Source of the DNA: Candidatus Karelsulcia muelleri PSPU
GTDB taxonomy: Bacteria; Bacteroidota; Bacteroidia; Flavobacteriales; Blattabacteriaceae
Assembly (NCBI RefSeq): GCF_000829155.1
Contig: NZ_AP013293.1
Location: 180,001-212,000, forward strand
Length of the DNA: 32,000 bases
Direction of reading: 5' to 3'
The notes under the pieces: model-generated
Told to the model about the DNA's origin: nothing
Database searches by the model: none
The model's input: only the letters and a program-made list of their open reading frames with translations
Program-made: the position numbers and the translations under genes
Shown here: positions 9,427-19,186 of the stretch, in pieces
Layout: the number at the start of each line of letters is the position of its first letter
Numbering within the stretch: the first letter of the stretch is position 1

Positions 9427-10749
9427 ATGAAAAAAATTATAAATTTTTTTTTATCAAAAATATTCTTTTTATTACTTATTATTATATATATAATAGCTCT
9501 TGCTATAGCAACTTTTTTGGAAGAAAAATATTCGACAGAAACAGCACAAGCTATTATTTATTATTCTAAATGGTTTGAAATAATAATGTTATTATTAGTA
9601 ATAAATTTTATTGGAAATATAAAAAAATATAAATTATTTAATTTAAAAAAATGGCCAATATTAACTTTTCATATATCATTTTTATTTATTATTTTAGGAG
9701 GAGGAATATCAAGATATTTTGGTTTTGATGGAACATTATTAATTCGTGAGGGGAATAAATCCAACCATTTTTTTTCAAAAAAAAAATATTTACAAATAAA
9801 TCTGTCAGATAATAATAAATGTTCTTGTTTTAAACAAAATTATATAATTTCTGATATTCATAATCATTTTGAAAAATTTTTTTATTTTAAAAATAATATT
9901 TTTCTAATAAAATTAGAGAATTATTTAAAAAATGTAAAAGAAATCTTTATAAATGATAAGTTAGGTGAAAAATATATTAATATTATTACTATAAATAATA
10001 ATATTTCTAAATATCATTTTATACAAAGTGGATCTCTAAAAGAGATAGAAGGATATTATATTAGTTTTAATAAACATGTAAAAGGTATTATAAATATTTA
10101 TGAATTAAATAATAAAATTTATATAGAAACTCCATTAAATCTTAAATCAGAATTGAAATTATCATATATATATAATATCTATAATTTTAAATTTTTTATT
10201 AAAAGTAAACCTATTTTAGTAAAAAAATATTTAATTCCTATTAATAATAAATATAATTTATCAAATTATCCATCTTATATAAATGGATTTATTTATAAAC
10301 AAAATTTGTTTAAAAAATTTGATATTTTAATATCAAAAAATTTTAAATTAATTAAAAATAAAATAAATTTTTTAGGAAATAATATATCTATTACATATGG
10401 TCCAATAGAATTGGAATTGCCTTTTTTTGTAAAATTAAAAAAATTTATTTTAGAAAAATATCCTGGATCTTTAAATCCATCTTTTTTCAAAAGTGAATTA
10501 CAAATTATTTATGGTAATAAAATAAATAATTTTTATATTTCTATGAATAATATTTTTGATTATAAAGGATATAGATTTTTTCAATCTGGATATAATTCAG
10601 ATGAAAAAGGAACTATTCTTTATATTAATCATGATTTTTGGGGTTATAATATTTCATATTTTGGTTATCTTATATTAATAATAAGTGTGTTTTTTATTTC
10701 TTTTTGTAAGAACAGTCGATTTGGTAAATTAAAAAGTCAATTTAAATGA
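9427..10749 (+). CDS. ResB-like cytochrome c biogenesis protein
   Basis: Multi-TM protein with GGGISRYFGFDGTLLIREG and FQSGYNSDEKGTILYINHDFWG motifs, matching the ResB half of Bacteroidota CcsBA. Confidence 0.8.
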   Translation: MKKIINFFLSKIFFLLLIIIYIIALAIATFLEEKYSTETAQAIIYYSKWFEIIMLLLVINFIGNIKKYKLFNLKKWPILTFHISFLFIILGGGISRYFGFDGTLLIREGNKSNHFFSKKKYLQINLSDNNKCSCFKQNYIISDIHNHFEKFFYFKNNIFLIKLENYLKNVKEIFINDKLGEKYINIITINNNISKYHFIQSGSLKEIEGYYISFNKHVKGIINIYELNNKIYIETPLNLKSELKLSYIYNIYNFKFFIKSKPILVKKYLIPINNKYNLSNYPSYINGFIYKQNLFKKFDILISKNFKLIKNKINFLGNNISITYGPIELELPFFVKLKKFILEKYPGSLNPSFFKSELQIIYGNKINNFYISMNNIFDYKGYRFFQSGYNSDEKGTILYINHDFWGYNISYFGYLILIISVFFISFCKNSRFGKLKSQFK

Positions 10750-12521
10750 TTATGTCAATAAATAAATTGAATATTAAGAAACATATTATTTTAATATTTT
10801 TTTGTTTTTTTTTCATTAATTTTAATTATGGAAATTCTAATTTTAAAAATTTAGATAAAAAAAGATTTTATCTTGAACCTTCTCATACTAAAAAATTTGG
10901 AACTATACTTGTTCAAGATTCCAATGGGAGGATTAAACCAATGAATACTGTAGCCTTAGAATTATTAAGAAAAATTTCTAAAACAGATCATATTCAAAAT
11001 ATAGATGCCAATAATTGGTTATTGTCATTTTATAAAAATGATATATACTGGTTTATATATCCTTTTATAAAAGTTAATAAAAAACTAGGACCAAAATTAT
11101 TGGAACTTTTTAAAGTTAATGAAGATGGATATACTTGTTTTATTAATTTCTATAAAAATGTCACTAAATATAGTGATAAAAAAAAAAAATATGAATTAAT
11201 TTTTAAAAAAGAATTAAAAGAAGCTTTTTCTAAAAATCCTTTTGAAAGGAATGATTTTGATAAAGAAATAGTTGATTTATTTAGGACCATAAATATGATA
11301 TCAAATATTTTAAAAGGAAAATATATTAAGATTTTCCCTGTTCCTAATAATGAAAATATGGCTTGGGAGCCTTGGATTAATCCAAAATCTAATTTAGAGA
11401 ATATTTTACCATTTAAAGAATATTTGGAATCTTTATCTTATTCTAAAAAAACTAATAATTGGGATAAACCAAATCAAATATTAGATAATATTATTTCTTT
11501 TCAAAAAAAAAATGGTCTTTCTTTAATTCCTTCTAATAAGAAAGTAAAATTAGAAATTTTATATAATAAATTAAATATTAATACATTTTTAATGTATAGT
11601 TACATATACTTAGGTATAATAATATTATTATATTCTTTTTTTAGAATATTTAATAAAAAAAAAAAAATTAATTTTATTAATTATATATTATATATTTTAT
11701 TATATATATTTTTTTTATATCATACATTTGGTTTATTTATACGTTGGTATGTGTCTTCACATGCTCCTTGGAGTAATGAATATGAATCAATTATTTTTAT
11801 TAGTTGGTGTACTTTATTCTCAGGATTATTATTATCAAAAAATAAAAATTTATTTGTACCAGGAGTATCTTGTATTACATCAAGTATTTTATTATTTATA
11901 GCATATTTCAATTTAATTAATCCTGAAATTACAAATTTAACACCTGTTCTTAAATCTTATTGGTTAATTATCCACGTTGCAATTATCATATCAAGTTATG
12001 GCTTTTTAATTGTTAGTTCTTTTTTAGGATTATTAGTTTTAATATTTTTATTTTTAAATAAAAAAATAAGAAAAAAAAGACTAGAATTTATAATTTTTGA
12101 ATTAACTATTATTAATGAATTATCTATGATAATAGGTCTTTTTTTTCTAACTATAGGAACTTTTTTAGGAGCTATTTGGGCAAATGAAAGTTGGGGAACT
12201 TATTGGAATTGGGATCCAAAAGAAACATGGGCATTAATTACTATAATGGTTTATGTCTTTATTTTACATATGAGGTTTATTCCTTTATTTAAAGGAATCT
12301 ATATTTTTAATTTTTTTAGTTTTTTATCTCTATTATCTATAGTTATGACTTATTTTGGAGTAAATTATTATTTATCAGGATTACATTCCTATGCTAAAGG
12401 AGAAAATGTAAATATTTTATATATTTTTTACATTTTATTTATTATTATTATAATAATAATTATATTATCATTTAATGATTTATTAGATCATTTCATAAAA
12501 AAAAAAAAAATTAATAATTAA
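10746..12521 (+). CDS. ccsA: CcsA/CcmF-like cytochrome c biogenesis protein (heme handling)
   Basis: WWD domain WANESWGTYWNWDPKETWALIT; HAPWSNEYESIIFISW; GGIKP-type linker SNGRIKPMNTVALELLRKISK. Confidence 0.85.
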   Translation: MIMSINKLNIKKHIILIFFCFFFINFNYGNSNFKNLDKKRFYLEPSHTKKFGTILVQDSNGRIKPMNTVALELLRKISKTDHIQNIDANNWLLSFYKNDIYWFIYPFIKVNKKLGPKLLELFKVNEDGYTCFINFYKNVTKYSDKKKKYELIFKKELKEAFSKNPFERNDFDKEIVDLFRTINMISNILKGKYIKIFPVPNNENMAWEPWINPKSNLENILPFKEYLESLSYSKKTNNWDKPNQILDNIISFQKKNGLSLIPSNKKVKLEILYNKLNINTFLMYSYIYLGIIILLYSFFRIFNKKKKINFINYILYILLYIFFLYHTFGLFIRWYVSSHAPWSNEYESIIFISWCTLFSGLLLSKNKNLFVPGVSCITSSILLFIAYFNLINPEITNLTPVLKSYWLIIHVAIIISSYGFLIVSSFLGLLVLIFLFLNKKIRKKRLEFIIFELTIINELSMIIGLFFLTIGTFLGAIWANESWGTYWNWDPKETWALITIMVYVFILHMRFIPLFKGIYIFNFFSFLSLLSIVMTYFGVNYYLSGLHSYAKGENVNILYIFYILFIIIIIIIILSFNDLLDHFIKKKKINN

Positions 12522-12827
12522 ATAATTATGACTTATATCTTTTTATATATAAAAAATTTTTTTACTATTATTTTTGATAAAATGCAATTATATGGATATA
12601 TTATTAATATAATATTAATTATATTATTTATATTATATATGTTTTTTGGTATAAAAAAATATATATTATAATACAAATTATTTATATGTTTATAATGTTT
12701 ATAAGATATATTATTACTCTTATAGCTTATACAGTTCCATATTTTTTATATGAAATTAATTTTATTATTAAAGTAATAATAATTACAAATTTATCTTACT
12801 TTATAAGAAATCATTTTTATCCAATAA

Positions 12828-15299
12828 TTAAAATTTATTATCAAATATAAAATTCAATTTCCATCCTGGTTTAGTAGTCTTATCAAGAGTTTTATCCAAT
12901 CTATAAGATAAATCACATCCTAAATATCCAATATAATTTACAAAAAGTCTAAGTCCAGTTCCTATAGAACGTTTTAAATTGAAAAGAGAAAAATTTTTAT
13001 AATTATCAAATATATTTCCAGCTTCAAAAAAATTAGAAATCCAAAATTTAAACCAATTTTTATCCAATATTAAATATCTTAATTCTGATTTATATTTATT
13101 ATAAATCACTCCTCCATTTTTGGGAGTTATAACTCCCAAAAATTTATTAGGTTCAGAATATCCTCTTAAAGGAATAAAATTTTCTTTATTTAAATTATCT
13201 TTTTCAAAATTTGTTCCTCCCATATAAAAATTATTAAGATTATTTGAATTATTATTCAAGATAAATCCAAATTCATATCCTATTTTAGTCATCAAATTAT
13301 TAAAAAATTGATTATACAAAATCGTTTTCAATTGAAATTGAAAATATTCAAAAAATTTTTTTTTAAAATTAGAAATTCTTAATAAAGAAGGTAAGGTAAA
13401 AATTGACTTTAATTTAAAATTTTCACCTGTTTTCATGAAAATTTGTTTTTTATCAATTGTGTTTTTATTAAACAAAAATTTAAATTTTAAATTTTTTGAT
13501 GTTTTAATAACTTTTGTTATCAAATTGTTTTTATTAAAAAAAGATTTCTTATTAGAATCATAATTTATATGAAATTCTAGTTTATTCATTTTTTTTAATT
13601 TTTTTATAAATTTAATTGAATTTTTATTTTTTGTCAAATAATAATTTTTTTCTTCATTTAAATTTGGGTTTGAATTAGATTCAATATTATTTTTCTTTTT
13701 TTCTTTAGAAGAAAATAAATTTAATTTAAATTTACTAAAATTAAATAATTTGGGATCTATAAAAGATAGATTAATTTCTTTTAAATTTTCTCCTAAATTT
13801 ATTAAAAAATTAACTTTTTGATTATCCCCATATGGCCTTTTATTAAATTTTAAAAAATTTAATAAAGAAAAATTCTTTATTTTTAAAAAAAATTGTCCAA
13901 ATAAATCAGGAACTTTATAATTCATTTTAAAGTTTATCTCACTATTTTTTTTTTCAGTAAATAAAAAATTAATATCTACTTGATTTTTTGTTTTATTGGT
14001 TTCATTATTCCAATCCACATTTTCAAATAAATCTAATTTCTTTAAATTTTCTAATGATTTTATAATTTTTTTATGAGACCATAAGTCTCCTGGAGAGAAG
14101 GTAATTTCTTGTAAAAGAATACTATCTTTTACTTTTTTATTTCCTATTAAATTTATTTTATTAAAATAAAATTTTTCATTTTCTAATATAGAAATCTCTA
14201 AATCAAGAACATTATCATCTACCTTTTTTTCAGAAAAACTAAATTTTGGATTGAAATATCCATTTTTTTTATATTCTGAAATTAGACTATTGGGATTAGA
14301 TTCATTTAATACCAAACTTTTTATTTCTAATAAATTAAAAATTTTATTTTGAATTGAATTAAATTTTTGTTTTAAAATGTTATCGTTAAAAAATTTATTT
14401 CCTTTAAAAGAACAATTTCTTAAAAAGTATTGATTACCTTGATCTATTTTTAGATTTAATAAATAATAATTATTATTAATTTTTTTTATTTTTTCTGAAA
14501 GAATTTTTACTTCTTTAAATCCATTTATTTTAAAAAGATTAATTAAATTTTCTTGATCTAATTTAAATTTGTCTTTAACAAAGATTTGTTCTTTAAAAGA
14601 ATTGATCATTATATTTTTTATTTCCTCTTTTGAAAAAAAATTATTTCCTTCAATTATTAAATCTTTTATTTTAAATAAATTTCCTTTTTTTACTGTAATT
14701 TTTAATTTATTATTCTCTTCATAATCCATTTGATATTGGATATTTGTATATCCTTTTTTTTCATAAAATTCATTAATTCTTTTTAAAAAAAAAATAATTA
14801 AATCATCATTTAAATCTTTTTTTAAAAAATCTTTATCAAAAATTAATTTTGATTCTTTTTCAGTAATTCCTATTACTTCAATAGTATTAAAATAATCAAT
14901 TTCATTAGATGATATCTCTAATATAATTTCTTTATTATTAAGATAATGTATATGAATTTTTATATCTTTAAAATTACCATATTTTAATAAATTATTTATA
15001 GTTTTATCAAAATTATATTTTTTTATATCAATTTTATCTCCTTCTTTTAAATCTATTAAAGATAATATTTCATTATTTCCATATATTTTAATTTTTTTTA
15101 TTTTAAAAAAATTTTCTTTATTAAAATTTTCTTTTATCATAATTTTATTCTCACTATGAGCTGGTTGAAAATTTTCTTTATTAAAATTTTCTTTTATCAT
15201 AATTTTATTCTCACTATAAGCTGGTTGAAAATTTAATTCCAAAAATAGCTCTATTATTAGATATCTTAATATAGATAAAAAATTATTCATTTTGTTCAA
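12828..15299 (-). CDS. bamA: Outer membrane assembly factor BamA (Omp85 family, POTRA repeats plus barrel)
   Basis: IKKIKIYGNNE, IKDLIIEGNNFFSKEEI and INLIGNKKVKDSILLQE POTRA motifs; C-terminal 'FIPLRGYSEP' and GTGLRLFVNYIGYLGCDLSYRLD; terminal aromatic F. Confidence 0.85.
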   Translation of the reverse strand: MNKMNNFLSILRYLIIELFLELNFQPAYSENKIMIKENFNKENFQPAHSENKIMIKENFNKENFFKIKKIKIYGNNEILSLIDLKEGDKIDIKKYNFDKTINNLLKYGNFKDIKIHIHYLNNKEIILEISSNEIDYFNTIEVIGITEKESKLIFDKDFLKKDLNDDLIIFFLKRINEFYEKKGYTNIQYQMDYEENNKLKITVKKGNLFKIKDLIIEGNNFFSKEEIKNIMINSFKEQIFVKDKFKLDQENLINLFKINGFKEVKILSEKIKKINNNYYLLNLKIDQGNQYFLRNCSFKGNKFFNDNILKQKFNSIQNKIFNLLEIKSLVLNESNPNSLISEYKKNGYFNPKFSFSEKKVDDNVLDLEISILENEKFYFNKINLIGNKKVKDSILLQEITFSPGDLWSHKKIIKSLENLKKLDLFENVDWNNETNKTKNQVDINFLFTEKKNSEINFKMNYKVPDLFGQFFLKIKNFSLLNFLKFNKRPYGDNQKVNFLINLGENLKEINLSFIDPKLFNFSKFKLNLFSSKEKKKNNIESNSNPNLNEEKNYYLTKNKNSIKFIKKLKKMNKLEFHINYDSNKKSFFNKNNLITKVIKTSKNLKFKFLFNKNTIDKKQIFMKTGENFKLKSIFTLPSLLRISNFKKKFFEYFQFQLKTILYNQFFNNLMTKIGYEFGFILNNNSNNLNNFYMGGTNFEKDNLNKENFIPLRGYSEPNKFLGVITPKNGGVIYNKYKSELRYLILDKNWFKFWISNFFEAGNIFDNYKNFSLFNLKRSIGTGLRLFVNYIGYLGCDLSYRLDKTLDKTTKPGWKLNFIFDNKF
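15121..15240. repeat. Tandem duplication, 60-bp period, about 2 copies, inside the bamA leader
   Basis: 'ttaaaattttcttttatcataattttattctcactat(g/a)agctggttgaaaattt...' at 15121 and again at 15181. Protein repeat NFQPA(Y/H)SENKIMIKENFNKE x2. Confidence 0.95.
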
Positions 15300-15582
15300 T
15301 ATAAATTATATTTATATATTTGTATACTTTAATATAAGTAATTTTTTTTTAAATTTGTAATAATTTAATGTCTTAAATAGGTCCCTTCTAAATTTTGTAA
15401 CCTATTTACATAATCTTTAATTATCTATCTCATCTGTTTTATTATTTAATATACAATATATAAATATTAAGACTATCAATATTTGATATATTTTATATAT
15501 TATTTTATAAATAAATTTTATTATAAACAAACTATTAAAAAATTTTTATTTTAATATATAAATATATTTTTTTAAAAAAAAA

Positions 15583-16137
15583 ATGAAAGAATCGTTTGAT
15601 TTAATCAAAAAATTTAAATTAGAAGTAAAAGATAAAAAGGAAAAATTTAAAAAAAAAATTTTAAAAATTAGAATAGATAGAATAAATGAAAATTTTTTAG
15701 ATTCTATTAATATAGAATATTATGGGCAGAAAGTACCTATAAATAATCTATCTACTATATTAAAAGTAAATGCAATTACTGTTTTCATAAAACCTTGGGA
15801 AAAAAAATATTTAAATATTATTTATAAAACTTTATTAAAAGAAGATAGAGGTTTCATCATTATAAATGATGGAAAAATGATAAAATTAAAAATTTCTAAA
15901 TTAACAGAAGAAACTAGAAAAAAATTAATAAAAAAGGTAAAATTTTTTTTAGAAAAAAAAAAAATTGAAATAAGAAATCTTCGAAATGAAGTTAATAAAA
16001 AATTAAAAAAATTTTCTTATTTAGAAGAAGATTTTTTAAAAAAAAAAAAAAATGAAATACAAAATATAACTGATAAATATTTAGAAAAAATAAATGTTAT
16101 TTTTAAACAAAAAGAAAAAGAAATATTAACAATTTAA
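15583..16137 (+). CDS. frr: Ribosome recycling factor
   Basis: LKIRIDRINENFLDSINIEYYGQKVPINNLSTI...INDGKMIKLKISKLTEETRKKL; 184 aa, strong RRF pattern. Confidence 0.93.
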   Translation: MKESFDLIKKFKLEVKDKKEKFKKKILKIRIDRINENFLDSINIEYYGQKVPINNLSTILKVNAITVFIKPWEKKYLNIIYKTLLKEDRGFIIINDGKMIKLKISKLTEETRKKLIKKVKFFLEKKKIEIRNLRNEVNKKLKKFSYLEEDFLKKKKNEIQNITDKYLEKINVIFKQKEKEILTI

Positions 16138-17540
16138 TGATAATAAATTCAAATTATATATATAATATATTAATTAATTATAATTTTTTTTTATTTAAAA
16201 AAATAAATGTAAAAGGATGGGTAAAACATTTTCGTTATAATTATTTTTTAAATATAAATGATGGATCTTCTTTAAAAGATTTACAAATTATTATTGATAA
16301 TAAATATTTTAATATTTTTTTTTTAAAAAAAATTAATATAGGAGTTTCCTTAGAAATAATAGGAATTTTAGTATTAAGTAAAGGTCAAAAACAAAATATA
16401 GAGATCTATGCAAATAGAATTAAGATTTTGGGATCTTTTAAAATGGAAGATTTACAAAAGACTATTTTACAAAAAAAAAAACATAGTTTAAAAAAATTAA
16501 GAGAACAATCTTATTTAAGATTTAGAACAAATATTTTTAGTTCTATTATGAGAATACGTCATAATATTGCTTTTTCAATACACAAATTTTTTTATAAAAA
16601 AAATTTTTTTTATATAAATACTCCTATTATTACAACTTATGATACTGAAGGAGCAGGAGATATGTTTAAAGTTACAAATTTTAAGTTGAAACAAATTCCA
16701 ATAAATGAATTTGGAGAAATAAATAAGACTTTAGATTTTTTTGGAGATTTTACATATTTAACTGTATCTGGTCAATTACAAGGAGAAGCAGCCGTTTCAG
16801 GTTTAGGAAAAATTTATACATTTGGACCAACTTTTCGTGCAGAAAAATCTAATACTTTTAGACATTTATCTGAATTTTGGATGATAGAACCTGAAATGGC
16901 CTTTTATAAATTAAATCATAATATGATTTTAGCAGAAAATTTATTAAAATATGTCATTAAATATGTGATAAATAATTGTTATGATGATTTATTCTTTTTA
17001 GAAAAAAAAAATATTAATAGATTATATTCTATATTAAATTCTTCTTTTAAAAGGATAAGTTATACTAATGCTATAAAAATTCTAAAATATAGTAAATATA
17101 ATAAAAATGGAAAATTTTTTTTTCCAGTTAAATGGGGAACAGATTTACAATCTGAACATGAAAAATTTTTATCAGAACATTATTTTAATAATTGTCCTAT
17201 AATTATATATAATTATCCGTTAAGAATTAAACCTTTTTATATGCGTATCAATGATGATAATAAAACTGTAGCGGCTATGGATGTAATATTTCCTATAATA
17301 GGTGAAATTATAGGAGGGTCTCAAAGAGAAGAAAGATATAATTTTTTATTAAAACGTATGATTGAGTTAAATTTAAATATAAAATCTCTTTGGTGGTATT
17401 TAAATATAAGACGTTTTGGATCTGTTCCTCACAGTGGATTTGGATTAGGATTTGAAAGATTAATTCAATTTATTACAAATATAAATAATATTAAAGATAT
17501 TATACCTTTTCCTAGATTTCAAAAAAATGCATTTTTTTAA
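16137..17540 (+). CDS. asnS: Asparaginyl-tRNA synthetase
   Basis: GPTFRAEKSNTFRHLSEFWMIEPEMAF and GFGLGFERLIQFIT class II motifs; VTVSGQLQGE-type sequence. Confidence 0.95.
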   Translation: MIINSNYIYNILINYNFFLFKKINVKGWVKHFRYNYFLNINDGSSLKDLQIIIDNKYFNIFFLKKINIGVSLEIIGILVLSKGQKQNIEIYANRIKILGSFKMEDLQKTILQKKKHSLKKLREQSYLRFRTNIFSSIMRIRHNIAFSIHKFFYKKNFFYINTPIITTYDTEGAGDMFKVTNFKLKQIPINEFGEINKTLDFFGDFTYLTVSGQLQGEAAVSGLGKIYTFGPTFRAEKSNTFRHLSEFWMIEPEMAFYKLNHNMILAENLLKYVIKYVINNCYDDLFFLEKKNINRLYSILNSSFKRISYTNAIKILKYSKYNKNGKFFFPVKWGTDLQSEHEKFLSEHYFNNCPIIIYNYPLRIKPFYMRINDDNKTVAAMDVIFPIIGEIIGGSQREERYNFLLKRMIELNLNIKSLWWYLNIRRFGSVPHSGFGLGFERLIQFITNINNIKDIIPFPRFQKNAFF

Positions 17541-17591
17541 AAAAAAAAATATTTTTTATTTTAAAAAAAATAATTATATTAATTTTAAAAA

Positions 17592-17678
17592 GGAGAGATT
17601 GCTGAGAGGTTTAAGGCACATGTTTGGAAAACATGTATATATTAAAAATATTCAAGGGTTCGAATCCCTTTCTCTCCG
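17592..17678 (+). tRNA. tRNA-Ser(GGA)
   Basis: Acceptor GGAGAGA/TCTCTCC, anticodon loop TTGGAAA flanked by ATGT/ACAT, long variable arm, GGTTCGAATCC. Confidence 0.93.
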
Positions 17679-17690
17679 CTATAAATTTAT

Positions 17691-17764
17691 GGTCTCATAG
17701 CTCAGTTGGTTAGAGCACCTGACTCATAATCAGGTAGTCGCTGGTTCAAATCCAGCTGAGACCA
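17691..17764 (+). tRNA. tRNA-Met(CAU), probably elongator (tRNA-Ile2 not excluded)
   Basis: Acceptor GGTCTCA/TGAGACC, anticodon arm CTGA-CTCATAA-TCAG, T arm GCTGGTTCAAATCCAGC. Confidence 0.88.
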
Positions 17765-17789
17765 CAAATAAAAATTTAATTATTAATTA

Positions 17790-18107
17790 ATGGAAGCATA
17801 TTTTGAAATATTAGGTTATCAATATAAAGCTTATTTAAATCGTTCTATTTATATTCCTTTTTTAGAAAAAGAAAAAATAGGAAATGATATATATATTAAT
17901 CATATATTTTTTTTTAAAAAAGAAAAATTAATTATGATTGGTAATCCAATTATAAATAATATAAAAATAAAAGCTAGGATAATAAAACATTTTAGATCTA
18001 ATAAATTAATTATTTTTAAAAAAAAAAGAAGAAAAGGATATAAATTAAAAAAAGGACATAGACAATATTTAACACAGATAAAAATTATTTCTTTTGAAAA
18101 AAAATAA
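17790..18107 (+). CDS. rplU: 50S ribosomal protein L21
   Basis: [15 protein letters not shown]...[40 protein letters not shown]. Confidence 0.93.
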   Translation: MEAYFEILGYQYKAYLNRSIYIPFLEKEKIGNDIYINHIFFFKKEKLIMIGNPIINNIKIKARIIKHFRSNKLIIFKKKRRKGYKLKKGHRQYLTQIKIISFEKK

Positions 18108-18112
18108 AAAAT

Positions 18113-18364
18113 ATGGCACATAAAAAAGGTGTAGGAAGTTCTAGAAATGGACGTGATTCTATTGGAAAACGTCTAGGAGTTAAATTATTTGGAGGACAAA
18201 TTGCTAAACCTGGAAGTATAATTATAAGACAACGGGGAACAAAACATCATCCTAAAAAAAATGTATATATGGGGAAAGATTATTCAATTCATTCTTTAAT
18301 TTATGGAAAAGTTTTTTTTGAAAAAAAAAAAAAATCTTTTATATCAGTAATACCTATTTTATAA
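18113..18364 (+). CDS. rpmA: 50S ribosomal protein L27
   Basis: [47 protein letters not shown]. Confidence 0.98.
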   Translation: MAHKKGVGSSRNGRDSIGKRLGVKLFGGQIAKPGSIIIRQRGTKHHPKKNVYMGKDYSIHSLIYGKVFFEKKKKSFISVIPIL

Positions 18365-18393
18365 TAAATATTGTACTAATTTAAATTTAGTGA

Positions 18394-18786
18394 GGGGCTG
18401 TATTGGAATTGACATCAAGATTAATATATAAGTAAGCATATCGTGTATTGTAATGTAATCACGTAAAATTAATTACAAAAAAAAACCGACAAAACAAATT
18501 ATGCTCTTGCTGCTTAATATTATTTATTAATAAAGAGTAAATTCGCATAAACTGCGAAAGCAAGATATTATTTTATTTTTTTTTTCTTACAAAAGAATAA
18601 AATATAAAATATAGTAAGAATAGGAAAAATTGAGGTTCTAAATTTTTCTAAAATTTATATAGAACTATTTTCTTTGTTAAAATTTCTTGTTATTTTACTT
18701 AGAATTATTTTTTTTTTATAAGATAAATATGTAGAAAGCTTATAATATTACTTGTTTGGACACGGGTTCGAATCCCGTCAGCTCCA
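18394..18786 (+). ncRNA. ssrA: tmRNA (one-piece)
   Basis: 5' GGGGCTGTATTGGAATTGACA, 3' GGACACGGGTTCGAATCCCGTCAGCTCCA, acceptor GGGGCTG/CAGCTCC. Internal tag reading frame GAC AAA ACA AAT TAT GCT CTT GCT GCT TAA (DKTNYALAA*). Confidence 0.95.
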
Positions 18787-18807
18787 CTTAATTAATAAAT
18801 ATTAAAT

Positions 18808-19149
18808 ATGAAATATGAAACTCTTTTTATTTTAAATCCTGTTCTTTCTGAAGAACAGATGAAATATTGTGTCTATGAATACATAGATTTTTTTTTTAAA
18901 AAAAAAGCAAAATTATTGTTTCAAGAACATTGGGGTTTAAAAAAATTAGCTTATTATATACAAAATAAAATTAATGGATATTATCATGTTTTTTATTATA
19001 AAGTAAATTCTCAATTTATTTCTAAATTAGAATTAAAAATAAGACGCGATGAAAGAATCATTAGATTTTTTTCTGTTAAAATAGATAAAGATGCTTCTTT
19101 ATACATAAAAAGAAATAAAAGTAATTTGGTTCAGGCAGATTTTTTTTAA
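18808..19149 (+). CDS. rpsF: 30S ribosomal protein S6
   Basis: MKYETLFILNPVLSEEQ...WGLKKLAYYIQNKINGYYHVFYY; first gene of rpsF-rpsR-rplI. Confidence 0.95.
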   Translation: MKYETLFILNPVLSEEQMKYCVYEYIDFFFKKKAKLLFQEHWGLKKLAYYIQNKINGYYHVFYYKVNSQFISKLELKIRRDERIIRFFSVKIDKDASLYIKRNKSNLVQADFF

Positions 19150-19186
19150 AAAAAAAATTATATATAAATATAATAAAATAATAAAA

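Noticed and set aside
8440-9569. ORFs 8440..8643 and 9129..9569
   Set aside because: Antisense or overlapping to trpS and the resB-like gene, whose motifs are clear.
10293-11911. Reverse ORFs 10293..10490 and 11720..11911
   Set aside because: Antisense to the resB/ccsA genes.
15300-15582. Noncoding gap between divergent bamA and frr as a possible pseudogene
   Set aside because: I translated parts of both strands and found no convincing family motif; it may simply be a divergent promoter region.
17900-18121. 73-aa reverse ORF
   Set aside because: Antisense shadow of rplU.
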